DNA of 64,000 nt from a virus. Lineage: Duplodnaviria; Caudoviricetes. Position numbers and translations under genes: made by a program. The notes beneath the pieces were generated by a model that saw nothing but the letters and a program-made list of their open reading frames with translations, did no database searches and was not told the DNA's origin. Of this stretch, positions 35,339-44,038 are shown one piece after another (the first letter of the stretch is position 1; each line of letters starts with the position of its first letter). Where the stretch lies: IMG/VR virus record IMGVR_UViG_3300031994_000053, positions 25,879 to 89,878 of that record; one strand, 5' to 3'.

Positions 35339-37534
35339 CTAGATGCTGTTTTTCTTTTCCGCTTCAGATTGGCGGAGCGCCTCGCTAACCTTTTTGGTCT
35401 GCCAGTCCCGACGGGCCCTGTCTTCGGCTTTGAGCCGTATGCCCAACGCCCTTTGGCTACTCATGTACTGGTCGAGAGACACGCCTTCCGCTTCAGCCTG
35501 TTGCGTCCGGTCGCCCCAGCCTTCTGCAACGAAGTCTTGGGCAATGTTCCCCCCCTTGTCCCGGTACTGATATTCAACGTCGACGGGATTGCCGTTCTCA
35601 TCGACGTTCTTTTGCAGGTAAAGGTACCGTCCCTGCGCTAAAACACCCAAAAGCAGGTCTTCAACGTCGTCGCCGGAAAGACGCGCTTTTTCCAGCTCGG
35701 CCATCTTTCGAGCAACGTACATGGTGGCGGCCGCGTCGTCGTCCGGATATTCCTGCTTGTAGTGCGCCGTCAAAAGCTCGCGCCACCTCTTATGGTCGGA
35801 GTCGCGGCCGGTATTCGCGGCAAGCCACGTACGGAGCTCCTCTTTATCACGGTCGCTTAACCTGGATGACATGCCCGCGTCGTTAAGAACGCCGTTGAAA
35901 ACGTCCTCCACCACCATCTGCGTCCCGCCGGATTTTGTCCAGGCCGACCACATGGCGAGGGCCAACGTATTGCGCAGTTCCTTGGAACTAAAGGGGATGG
36001 CGTCACCCACTACGTTCGCGAGCCCACGGAACATCGTGCGTTTTGCGTCATCGTCGCCAACGATGGCCTCCCGGGCCCCGTCTACTGTGGTCGATCCGTC
36101 GGACAGTCGCGGGACGAATGCGCCGGAGACGACCTTATCGAACCCCCAGGCCACGCCGTCGAGCCCCATAAGCTCCGAAGACTGGAGGATCGCTTTTTGG
36201 CGGGCCTCCGCGCCAGACCTCACGTCAGTGTAATGCGCATCAGGCCGACTTGCCCCGCGGACTCCCGTAGAAAGCGCAGATCGCAAAGACGCTAGCTCGC
36301 GAGCGTAGCCGGGGGCATCGTCGCCAACCATCCCGGCGGCGACCCATCTTCCCATGCTATCGCACCAAGAAGACCCGGCGTCCGCAGCCGCGCCAGCCAC
36401 ATTGACGTCCATCAGTTCCCACCAAGCGACTTCGTCGAAAAGCCGGCGCATACCTTTCGCGAGTGCAGGGGACGTGGGGTCGATCGGACGCCCGCTTTCC
36501 CTGATGGCGTCGAACGTCTTGCCCAACGCGGCGTTGAACATGAAAACGGACTGCGGGTCTGGTTTGTTCGGGTCGGTAAGTCCCGCAAGCGCGGCTTGCC
36601 GAAGAATACTGTATGTCGACGCGGTTTTGGCGGCGAGAGATTCTCCCGTGTCGGTATCGTTCCGCAAATTTTCCCCGATCTTCTGGAACAGGCCGAGGGC
36701 GCTCGCAAAACCTCCAACACCCCTATGACGTTCCACCACATCCCGGAGGACAAGACCGGCGCTGCTGCCGAACGTTCCTTCCAACTTGGACAAATTGTCG
36801 AAATCGCCGTCATTGTCCGTATGCGATATGTAACCAACCAGGTCGCTTAGCTGAACGGAAAACTCTGGCGTCACCTTATTGTTCTTGGCGTCCAGCAAAG
36901 GGTTGATCGCCTGCTGCATTAAGACACGTGCAGTCTCTCCCCTCTCTCCGAAATACATATCGGCCGCTGCATCGGAAAACCCCAGGCTTTGAAGTGACTT
37001 CCTTTTATACCCCTGGTATGTCGCGTTTAGACCGAGCACCTGGCCAATCGTCGTCTCTTCGTCTCCAGCAAGAACCTTCAACTGGTCGAAATCCCCCCGC
37101 AGCAAAGCATCAGACCGCTCGGCAAGCACCCGGCCCAAGCTTCCGGCGCTCCGTACCTTGTCACGGGTGAAGTCAACGAGGTCATTCAGATTGCCCTGGA
37201 TTATCGAACGAAAATCGTCGTACGATTTTTGCGCCCCTGCGAAATCGCCTGCGTTGACCATCGCCTGAAGCTTTTTTCCAAACCCCTCCGAATCCATCAC
37301 GAAACGGGCGAGCATATCCCCGCCCTCTTCCTCAGGACGCAAACGGCGTGCCAGGCTCGATTCGACTTCACGCGCCTGCTTCTCCCGCCTGTCGCGAACC
37401 CTTTCCTCCGCTTTGGCCCGCTCCATGACCGGATCCTTCTTTGGGGTCTCACGCCCGATGGTGGCCATATCATTCCACCCGCGCGTAAATTCGGGGCCCG
37501 AGTATCTGTCAACGGTGAATTCAGCCATCATCAT
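35339..37534 (-). CDS. Putative internal virion (ejection) protein, 731 aa
   Basis: Helical, Ala/Gly-rich, no enzyme motif; sits between the adaptor and the giant gene. Confidence 0.6.
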   Translation of the reverse strand: MMMAEFTVDRYSGPEFTRGWNDMATIGRETPKKDPVMERAKAEERVRDRREKQAREVESSLARRLRPEEEGGDMLARFVMDSEGFGKKLQAMVNAGDFAGAQKSYDDFRSIIQGNLNDLVDFTRDKVRSAGSLGRVLAERSDALLRGDFDQLKVLAGDEETTIGQVLGLNATYQGYKRKSLQSLGFSDAAADMYFGERGETARVLMQQAINPLLDAKNNKVTPEFSVQLSDLVGYISHTDNDGDFDNLSKLEGTFGSSAGLVLRDVVERHRGVGGFASALGLFQKIGENLRNDTDTGESLAAKTASTYSILRQAALAGLTDPNKPDPQSVFMFNAALGKTFDAIRESGRPIDPTSPALAKGMRRLFDEVAWWELMDVNVAGAAADAGSSWCDSMGRWVAAGMVGDDAPGYARELASLRSALSTGVRGASRPDAHYTDVRSGAEARQKAILQSSELMGLDGVAWGFDKVVSGAFVPRLSDGSTTVDGAREAIVGDDDAKRTMFRGLANVVGDAIPFSSKELRNTLALAMWSAWTKSGGTQMVVEDVFNGVLNDAGMSSRLSDRDKEELRTWLAANTGRDSDHKRWRELLTAHYKQEYPDDDAAATMYVARKMAELEKARLSGDDVEDLLLGVLAQGRYLYLQKNVDENGNPVDVEYQYRDKGGNIAQDFVAEGWGDRTQQAEAEGVSLDQYMSSQRALGIRLKAEDRARRDWQTKKVSEALRQSEAEKKNSI

Positions 37535-37537
37535 CTC

Positions 37538-37981
37538 CTATGCGTACGCTAGGTTTTCTTCGGCTTTCCGAATAAACGACACGTCACCAAGCACCGCGGC
37601 CGCGTGCGCTTCGTTCCAATCGACACCCATCGCCCGGGCGTACCGCTCCAGAGTTCGTGCTTCCATATCGGCGACATGTGCTTTGGCCGCGTCGACCGCT
37701 GCCGCATAGTCAGCTCTTTCGGACTCCTCTACGTAACGCCGCATAAAGAACTGGCGCGTCCCCTCCCGGGACAACGTCTGTTTTGACATGTCTACGCCGA
37801 AACTGCCGAACGCCGCATACGGGTTCAACGACGCGGCCGTGGCGAGTTCGGACGCCTCATGGTAGTCCATGTCGGCCAGATTACCCTCGGCCATCGCCAT
37901 CCGAAGGGAGTCTCCAGCCATGCGGGCCATCAAGGTCACGGCAACGCCAGTCTCCGCCAACTGTGGCGTGTTCCCATCCAT
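37538..37981 (-). CDS. Putative small internal virion protein (147 aa)
   Basis: TAATG coupling with the upstream stop gives start 37981; Ala-rich. Confidence 0.55.
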   Translation of the reverse strand: MDGNTPQLAETGVAVTLMARMAGDSLRMAMAEGNLADMDYHEASELATAASLNPYAAFGSFGVDMSKQTLSREGTRQFFMRRYVEESERADYAAAVDAAKAHVADMEARTLERYARAMGVDWNEAHAAAVLGDVSFIRKAEENLAYA

Positions 37982-39219
37982 TAAGCGCCCTCCCAAGACT
38001 GTTCGTATGACATGCCTTTATACCTGCCGGTGGCGACCCGTGGTTTCCTCGACTCTTCTGGGTTCACAGGACCGACCCAACGGTTTGAACGATCCCGGTT
38101 ATCCCGCCAGACCTGTCCGGCTTTCCGAGTATCATTCCAGTCAACAGTTCCGCTAGGCCGTCCTTCAAACCCGACTATTTTACCTGTCAAAGTAGTCTCC
38201 GTCGTATTTGGATCCGAATATTCGGGATTTCTGGTGATAGTTTGAGTCACTTTTTCGGCAACATCATTCGGACCAAATTTGGTAACCGACCCGTAAACCT
38301 GCCGGACAATATCCTGTTTTTCGCTCCGGGACATCTTGTCCCAGTCCAAATCAGACACGGTGTCACCGGACACCTTTGTCAAAATATCGCCCCAATTTTC
38401 TTTGTTCGCACGATAAAAAGCATTCAGTTTCATCGCCTCGTTATAGTTTTTCTCCCCACCGTACCTGGCGTATTCCTCCTCGCGTTCAGCAAGGTCGTAC
38501 TTCCAATCGTCATGCCGTGCCGCTAGGTCATTCGAGGCTTGTGCAAACCGTAGCAATTTGTCCTTCTGCCTTTGAGTCCTTATGCCCATCTGGTTAAGGA
38601 CCCCCGTCATTTGGTGCTCTATCCCAAGAGCCTGCGTTATCGCGTGAAACATTTGGGCGTCTTGTGCCGTAAACCGCCCGGCGTTCTGCCTATCTATAAA
38701 AGCCGCGCGCTCCCCTGCCCGGCCAGGCATAGTGCCAGACCCGGAATGAAAAGTCAGAGACGTCGAGCCATGCGAATTTTCATACCGAGCCAAAAGCGAA
38801 CCGAACATAGCGTTCAGCTGCTTTCGTGTCTCTTTAAGATAACCGTGTTCCTGTTCCCCAAAGTAATTACTAGTACCTTCCCCTCTTTTTCCCAAAGCAG
38901 TTATTCCACCATCCATATCCGCCATTGTAGTTTTGGGCGGCCACGGTTCAAACTCCTCGTCTTCTCCCTCGTTGTCAACTCTCCCCATAGACGGTGTTAC
39001 GTCAATCGAATCCGCGACAACATCAGCTACGGCGGGGGCGACGGGGGCGACGGGGGCGACGGGCTGTATGTCTTCTTCCCGCACAATATTCCCCCCGGCA
39101 TTAGTCACCTCAATGCTCCTGGCGGTCTCTGCCCCCGGCTGATTTCGTTGCTGAAGATCCTTGCGGTTCGCGTTGACCCCAGTTCTGTCCCAATTTTGCG
39201 CTGACACTCTCGTGGCCAT
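37981..39219 (-). CDS. Putative internal virion protein (412 aa)
   Basis: GGAGG RBS; disordered N-terminus with VAPVAPVAP, then coiled coil; position. Confidence 0.6.
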   Translation of the reverse strand: MATRVSAQNWDRTGVNANRKDLQQRNQPGAETARSIEVTNAGGNIVREEDIQPVAPVAPVAPAVADVVADSIDVTPSMGRVDNEGEDEEFEPWPPKTTMADMDGGITALGKRGEGTSNYFGEQEHGYLKETRKQLNAMFGSLLARYENSHGSTSLTFHSGSGTMPGRAGERAAFIDRQNAGRFTAQDAQMFHAITQALGIEHQMTGVLNQMGIRTQRQKDKLLRFAQASNDLAARHDDWKYDLAEREEEYARYGGEKNYNEAMKLNAFYRANKENWGDILTKVSGDTVSDLDWDKMSRSEKQDIVRQVYGSVTKFGPNDVAEKVTQTITRNPEYSDPNTTETTLTGKIVGFEGRPSGTVDWNDTRKAGQVWRDNRDRSNRWVGPVNPEESRKPRVATGRYKGMSYEQSWEGA

Positions 39220-39227
39220 TGGACCTC

Positions 39228-40718
39228 CTAAAAATCGTCTATGGAAAAACCTTCAACTGTAAAAGGCGTGACGGCAGGCGCGTCCGTGACGGCAGGCGCG
39301 TCCGTGACGGCAGGCGCGTCCGTGACGGCAGGCGCGTCCGTGACGGCAGGCGCGGTTATCGCACGGGCATATTCGTCCCTAACTTGCGCGTCTAGGCCTT
39401 GAACTCTCACAGCCGGCGTACCTGTAAAAGACATCGCATCCCCGACAAGTCGAAGCACCGCGTCCCATTTATCAGGGGGTAAAGCCGCATCGATCGCTTT
39501 CAGATAATTTTCAGCCGCTTTAACCGCAGCTCCGGGCTCACCATTAGATTTGCCTAATTCTTGAGCGTATGCAACCGAAGCATCTTGGATCTTCCTCCGA
39601 CGCTCCTCGTCCATATAAGATACACCGCCTAACTCACGCCGAACCGCAGCTGTAGTAAGCCCCGCTCCGCCCCAAGTACCAAGAAGCCACCCGGCGATTT
39701 TCCCAATCTTGCCTAAGCTAGACTTAGCCGGAACAAGCCGCGAGACGGTGACATAACCTTTATCAACGGCGCCATGCCGCTTAGCCTGTGCCTCTGACCA
39801 GTATATCTTCCGACGAAGTCCCGTCGGGGCCGGTTCTTTCTCTGGCCCGCGTTTCCCTTCGGTGGTTCTTATCCCATAAGCGTTGTTCAGCGCTTTTTTT
39901 ACGGCAGAACGACTCTTTGTGTCTAGCTCAGATTCCTTAGCGGCGACTCGCAAAGCGAAATCCAACTCCGCGTCAGCCCTCGCTTCCCGCTCCCGAATAG
40001 CCTGTGCTTCCGTAGCCTCTCGCTCAGGAACCGAGGCTCGTTCATTCAAAAACCTGATATCTTCTGCTTGCTTTCTAGCCTCGACCCGATTGGCCACCCA
40101 GTCATTCCTGGCCAACTCTAACGCGGCTGCGTTCTTCGCTTCACGGGCGTTCGTCCGTCGAGTAGCCTGCCCCTTAGCTACAGACGCGGCTCGTTTCGCC
40201 CCCTGCTCCTGCCACAAGCTCCAGGTCGGTGCGTCGACCGCCTCGAACCCGGGGCGTGTAACAGGCATCGCTGTTTTTTTCGCAGGCCGGCCGCGACGAG
40301 GCGTAACCACCGGACGCTGCCCCTGACCCGGTTGCATAGGTCTGACCTGCCTATTCATCACGGGCGAAAGAAGCATCCCCATCCCGACCGTCTCAGCAGC
40401 CTGAAGCCCGTAGTCCGCCGTCCTTATAAGAGTCGCGACACCTCTCCGACCTTCCATCGCCAGCGCGTCGGCGGCCGCCTGCATCGCCTCATGCGGATCG
40501 GGGTCACCATACGGCAGAGAAAGACCGGGCCTGTGTCCCGGGGTCCAAATTTCATCCAGCTCGCGCTCCGGTGCACGACCTGCCGTAATCGATGGGGGCT
40601 CTTTCATACGAGCCGCAATGCGAGAAACCCGGTCAAGGTATTTCAGCTCTTCCATCATCTGGCTGGCGGGAGGTTCGGCTCCTTCGACCCTCTCAACCAC
40701 GTTACGGGGCCTAGACAT
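39228..40718 (-). CDS. Putative internal virion/pilot protein (496 aa)
   Basis: Coiled coils; hydrophobic Gly-rich segment IGKIAGWLLGTWGGAGLTTAA; C-terminal APAVTD repeats. Confidence 0.6.
   Translation of the reverse strand: MSRPRNVVERVEGAEPPASQMMEELKYLDRVSRIAARMKEPPSITAGRAPERELDEIWTPGHRPGLSLPYGDPDPHEAMQAAADALAMEGRRGVATLIRTADYGLQAAETVGMGMLLSPVMNRQVRPMQPGQGQRPVVTPRRGRPAKKTAMPVTRPGFEAVDAPTWSLWQEQGAKRAASVAKGQATRRTNAREAKNAAALELARNDWVANRVEARKQAEDIRFLNERASVPEREATEAQAIREREARADAELDFALRVAAKESELDTKSRSAVKKALNNAYGIRTTEGKRGPEKEPAPTGLRRKIYWSEAQAKRHGAVDKGYVTVSRLVPAKSSLGKIGKIAGWLLGTWGGAGLTTAAVRRELGGVSYMDEERRRKIQDASVAYAQELGKSNGEPGAAVKAAENYLKAIDAALPPDKWDAVLRLVGDAMSFTGTPAVRVQGLDAQVRDEYARAITAPAVTDAPAVTDAPAVTDAPAVTDAPAVTPFTVEGFSIDDF
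39267..39354. repeat. Perfect 18-bp tandem repeat, about 4.9 copies, encoding (APAVTD)n
   Basis: Unit CGTGACGGCAGGCGCGTC starts at 39267, 39285, 39303, 39321 and 39339 (partial). Confidence 0.95.
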
Positions 40719-41691
40719 TGAACGCCTCCTCGCTTATCTCGCCCATCGACCCCTCGAACAGCGCGTTGGCCACGACGGGCGTCTGCACGGTGTTGTCGAC
40801 GATTTCCTGGGCCTTGAGCCACTGGGCCGCCTGCGCCTGGTACTTCGCCGCGGCGTCGGCCTCGTTGGCCTTCATGAGCCAGTCGTACCTTATCATCCAC
40901 TCTATCGGGTCGAGCGCCTGAATCGGCAGCACGTCCGTGTCGCGCACGAGCGGCAGCGGGTCGAGCCTGACCTCGGCGAGAATCTCGACCGGAACCCCGG
41001 GCGGCACGCCCTTGAGCCTGTAGCGCCGGAACTGGGGCGCCTTGACCTCGGGGTGGTACTGCCCGATGGCGTACCGGACGGGCGCGCCGAAGGCGTCGGC
41101 CGCGTAGAGCGTGGCGTAGCCCGACGCGCTGTCGTCGACCACGACCTCCGAAATGGACGCGAACACCTCGTCGGTGGGCGCCGCCGACGCCGGATCGGCG
41201 CCGTAGAGCGCCGGGACGTCCGCGTGGACCTCCCGGCCGTTCGGGGAAAAGCCCCTTACGTGGAGCGGCGGCTCGCCGGGGGCGTCCGCCAGGGCGAACA
41301 GCCGGGACGGCGAAACCGGGTCCACGAGAAGCGGGAACCAGCCGAGGTCCAGCACGTCGCCCGGACGGACGCGCGCAAAGCCCGCGGGCGGATGCAGCGC
41401 GTCGCCCGGCCCCGACTGGAGAAATCTAAAATCCCGCCCGCGCAGCGTGGACGGCCTGCCGTTCACGCAGACGCGGACGAGAGCCGCGCAGCCCTGGGGG
41501 AGAGAGAACTCGGGGCCTGCCGCGGCAAACCTCACGGTTTTGCGCAGGCACTCCCACGCGGCCATCCCCGCGAGCGACTGTATCGCCCGGTTGATGGCCG
41601 TCCTCGCGTCCGTGACGCCATAGGCGTGGGTCGCGGAGGAAAGGGCCGTGACGGCCTGCTTGAGAGTGTACTGCACTGTGGAATCCCCCAT
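40711..41691 (-). CDS. Head-tail adaptor / tail tubular A-like protein
   Basis: Directly after the MCP; AINRAIQ..W..L, FSLP, VRVCVNG and C-terminal helical pattern typical of podovirus adaptors. Confidence 0.55.
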   Translation of the reverse strand: MGDSTVQYTLKQAVTALSSATHAYGVTDARTAINRAIQSLAGMAAWECLRKTVRFAAAGPEFSLPQGCAALVRVCVNGRPSTLRGRDFRFLQSGPGDALHPPAGFARVRPGDVLDLGWFPLLVDPVSPSRLFALADAPGEPPLHVRGFSPNGREVHADVPALYGADPASAAPTDEVFASISEVVVDDSASGYATLYAADAFGAPVRYAIGQYHPEVKAPQFRRYRLKGVPPGVPVEILAEVRLDPLPLVRDTDVLPIQALDPIEWMIRYDWLMKANEADAAAKYQAQAAQWLKAQEIVDNTVQTPVVANALFEGSMGEISEEAFNV

Positions 41692-41694
41692 GTC

Positions 41695-41722
41695 GCGGCC
41701 CCGCCCCGAAGGGCGGGGCCGC
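41695..41722 (-). promoter_or_regulatory. Perfect 12-bp C(UUCG)G hairpin between the MCP stop and the adaptor start, with no U-tract
   Basis: GCGGCCCCGCCC-TTCG-GGGCGGGGCCGC, then GAC ATG. Confidence 0.7.
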
Positions 41723-41727
41723 TACGC

Positions 41728-43845
41728 CTAGCCGACCGTGATGGTCGCGCCCTTGTCGACCGCATAGGCGGCCCCGCCGGTCGGGCCCTCGACCTGGACG
41801 AGGATCGTCTTGGTCGCGGGCGCGCCGATGACGTAGCCGACCGTCGGGCCGGTGGCCGACGCCGTGCGGGAGGCCGCGCCGGTGAGGCCGGTGGCCCCGC
41901 CCGCGATGTCGACCGTGAACGCCAGGCCGGTCGCGCCGATGTCGGACGCGGGCCCTGTGACGGTCACGGTCTCGCCGGCGGTATCGGACGCGACGGTCCA
42001 GGCGCCGTTGGCGTAGGTCGCGGTAAACGGGCCGGTGGCTCCGGTCACGCCGCCGAAGTTCCAGGCGCTGAGCGTCTTGGTCGTGAGGGCGACCTCGTCA
42101 CCGACGCCGACGAGAAGCGAGGACGCGAGCTCAAGCTCGATCGTGTTCTCGCCAGGCAGCGCGGCGGTGGCGCCGGACGTGACCGCGGTCTTGGACGCGG
42201 TCGGGTTGACCTTGACGTTCTCCGCCGGGCACATGCTCGGGAGGGCCTGGACACAGCGGCGGTAGAGGACCGAGAAGCACTCGAACACGCAGAGCTCGGG
42301 CTTCGGGACGATTTCGAACTCACCGTAGAAGTTGCCGATCTTGCCGTCGGGGTTCTTGTCCCAGCTGACGATGTTGCGCCAGCCCCACTTGCCGTTGAGG
42401 CCCGTGACCGGCCCGAAGTACGTTCCGGAACCGAGGGTCGTCGGGCCCGCCGGCACGAACAGGTTCGTGAAGACCTTGTTCATGAACACCGGGGCGATGG
42501 CGATCTCGGCCTTGTAGTAGTCCGGGTTGTACACGGGGATCGGGGCGCCGTTGACGCCGGGGCGGTTCGGGTCGGCCTTGCGCGGGGGGACGAACTCCGC
42601 GATCCAGACGGCCTTGTCGGCGAACTCCCTGTAGCCGACCATGCCGTACTTCCTGGCGACCGCCTCGGTGTACGAGGGCTCGAACTTCTTCAGCTTGAAC
42701 CGGAGCTGGTTGCCATCGTTGGTGATGACCCAGCGGCGGAACGTGCTCGGCGCGAAGCCGTAGTGCTGGATGAGCGCGCGCGGGTCGGCCTCGATCCAGT
42801 ACTTGCGCTCCTCCTCGTTGCCGCGGATGTAGCGCTCGACGTCGTCGTGGCTGACGGCGAGGGCGAACATCGGCTCGCCGTTGCCGGACGAGACGGCCGC
42901 CTCGGGGCACTGGACCTTGAGGTACTCGCGCACCTGGTCGAGCATGTCGAAGTTCAGGGGTTCGAGTTCGACGGTGGCGTCGAAGACGATGAACGGCTTG
43001 TCGACCGTGCCGTACTCGGCGTGCCCGTCGGAGCCGTTGCCGTCGGAGGCGTCGAACTTGACGAACGGGTTGTACACGTAGCGCGGGGCCGCGAGCAGGT
43101 CGGTCATCTGCGAAGTCATCATGATGGACTTGCCCGCCATCACGGACTGGTAGATGAACATGTCGCGGTTCCAGACTTCCTGCATGTCCATGCCGTAGTT
43201 GGCGCCGGTCTCGAGAATCCAGCCGAGCTGCTCGACGGCCTTGTCGACGAACTTGAGCGTGTCGAGGCAGATGGGGTCGGAACCCCAGCCCGCGCGCTTG
43301 CCCTTCCAGGCCATCGTCTCCCAGCCGTACTGGTACGTGTCGTACTTCAGCGGGGCGCAGGGGTCGTGCTGGCCGTCGGGCCACGGATCGATGTCCTCCC
43401 ACTGCGACAGGCCGGCGTAGGTGCTCAGGCCGCCGCGGTAGACGCGGGTCTCGTGGACCAGGCCGTTGAACAGCTGGAACGCGCCGCGGGGGATGCGGGA
43501 GAACCACCAGCGGGGGCTGGCGATCTCCTTGCGCTGCACGAACGGGTCGAAGTGCTGCGCGACCGTCATCATCATTTGGTTGTAGCGGCCGTACTGGTCG
43601 GTGACGCTACCGGTTCCGGCCGGGTCGTAGGGGTTTGCCCAGGGGCCCTTGTACTGAATGACGCCGCGGCCGGGACGGCCCGCCGCGCCCGAAAAGTCCA
43701 GCACGGTGTCGTTTAGCGTGTGGGCGACGTCGGCCGGGTTGAGGGAAGTCGTGATGCCGGGCTTCCCGGTGAAGGTGGAGTACATGTCGGCCTGCGGGTT
43801 GTTCGCGTTGCCGGTGACGACTCCGTTGACTATGATGTCTGCCAT
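41728..43845 (-). CDS. Major capsid protein with Thr/Ala/Gly-rich C-terminal extension (705 aa)
   Basis: Follows portal and scaffold; dedicated promoter and AAGGAGG; most extreme GC3 bias in the window; R..F..FNG motif region. Confidence 0.75.
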   Translation of the reverse strand: MADIIVNGVVTGNANNPQADMYSTFTGKPGITTSLNPADVAHTLNDTVLDFSGAAGRPGRGVIQYKGPWANPYDPAGTGSVTDQYGRYNQMMMTVAQHFDPFVQRKEIASPRWWFSRIPRGAFQLFNGLVHETRVYRGGLSTYAGLSQWEDIDPWPDGQHDPCAPLKYDTYQYGWETMAWKGKRAGWGSDPICLDTLKFVDKAVEQLGWILETGANYGMDMQEVWNRDMFIYQSVMAGKSIMMTSQMTDLLAAPRYVYNPFVKFDASDGNGSDGHAEYGTVDKPFIVFDATVELEPLNFDMLDQVREYLKVQCPEAAVSSGNGEPMFALAVSHDDVERYIRGNEEERKYWIEADPRALIQHYGFAPSTFRRWVITNDGNQLRFKLKKFEPSYTEAVARKYGMVGYREFADKAVWIAEFVPPRKADPNRPGVNGAPIPVYNPDYYKAEIAIAPVFMNKVFTNLFVPAGPTTLGSGTYFGPVTGLNGKWGWRNIVSWDKNPDGKIGNFYGEFEIVPKPELCVFECFSVLYRRCVQALPSMCPAENVKVNPTASKTAVTSGATAALPGENTIELELASSLLVGVGDEVALTTKTLSAWNFGGVTGATGPFTATYANGAWTVASDTAGETVTVTGPASDIGATGLAFTVDIAGGATGLTGAASRTASATGPTVGYVIGAPATKTILVQVEGPTGGAAYAVDKGATITVG

Positions 43846-43994
43846 GGTGTTTCCCTCCTTGGGAAAAACTTGTGGACGTAGTGGAATTTCGCTTGGCCGC
43901 CCCGAATGGCGCCTAGCCTGCCGACGCGGGCTCGCCGGAAATAGGCCCGAAGTTCCCCGACGGGTGGAGGGAAAATATTTTCACCGTCGAACAT

Positions 43995-44023
43995 AATATA
44001 CCAAAAATCCCCCTTGGCGTCAA
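43995..44023 (-). promoter_or_regulatory. Sigma70-type promoter for the capsid gene
   Basis: Minus strand: TTGACG, 17 bp, TGG-TATATT. Confidence 0.8.
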
Positions 44024-44030
44024 GGGGGAT
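44003..44030 (-). terminator. Intrinsic terminator of the scaffold transcript, overlapping the capsid promoter -35
   Basis: ATCCCCCTTG-ACGC-CAAGGGGGAT perfect 10-bp stem, then TTTT, 8 nt after the stop at 44039. Confidence 0.7.
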
Positions 44031-44038
44031 CCGGTTTC

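Noticed and set aside
39267-39354. Possible CRISPR array
   Set aside because: Contiguous 18-bp units with no spacers, in frame within a CDS; no cas genes.
43846-43990. tRNA or known riboswitch in the capsid leader
   Set aside because: No cloverleaf, T-loop or recognisable riboswitch consensus; kept only as a structured leader.
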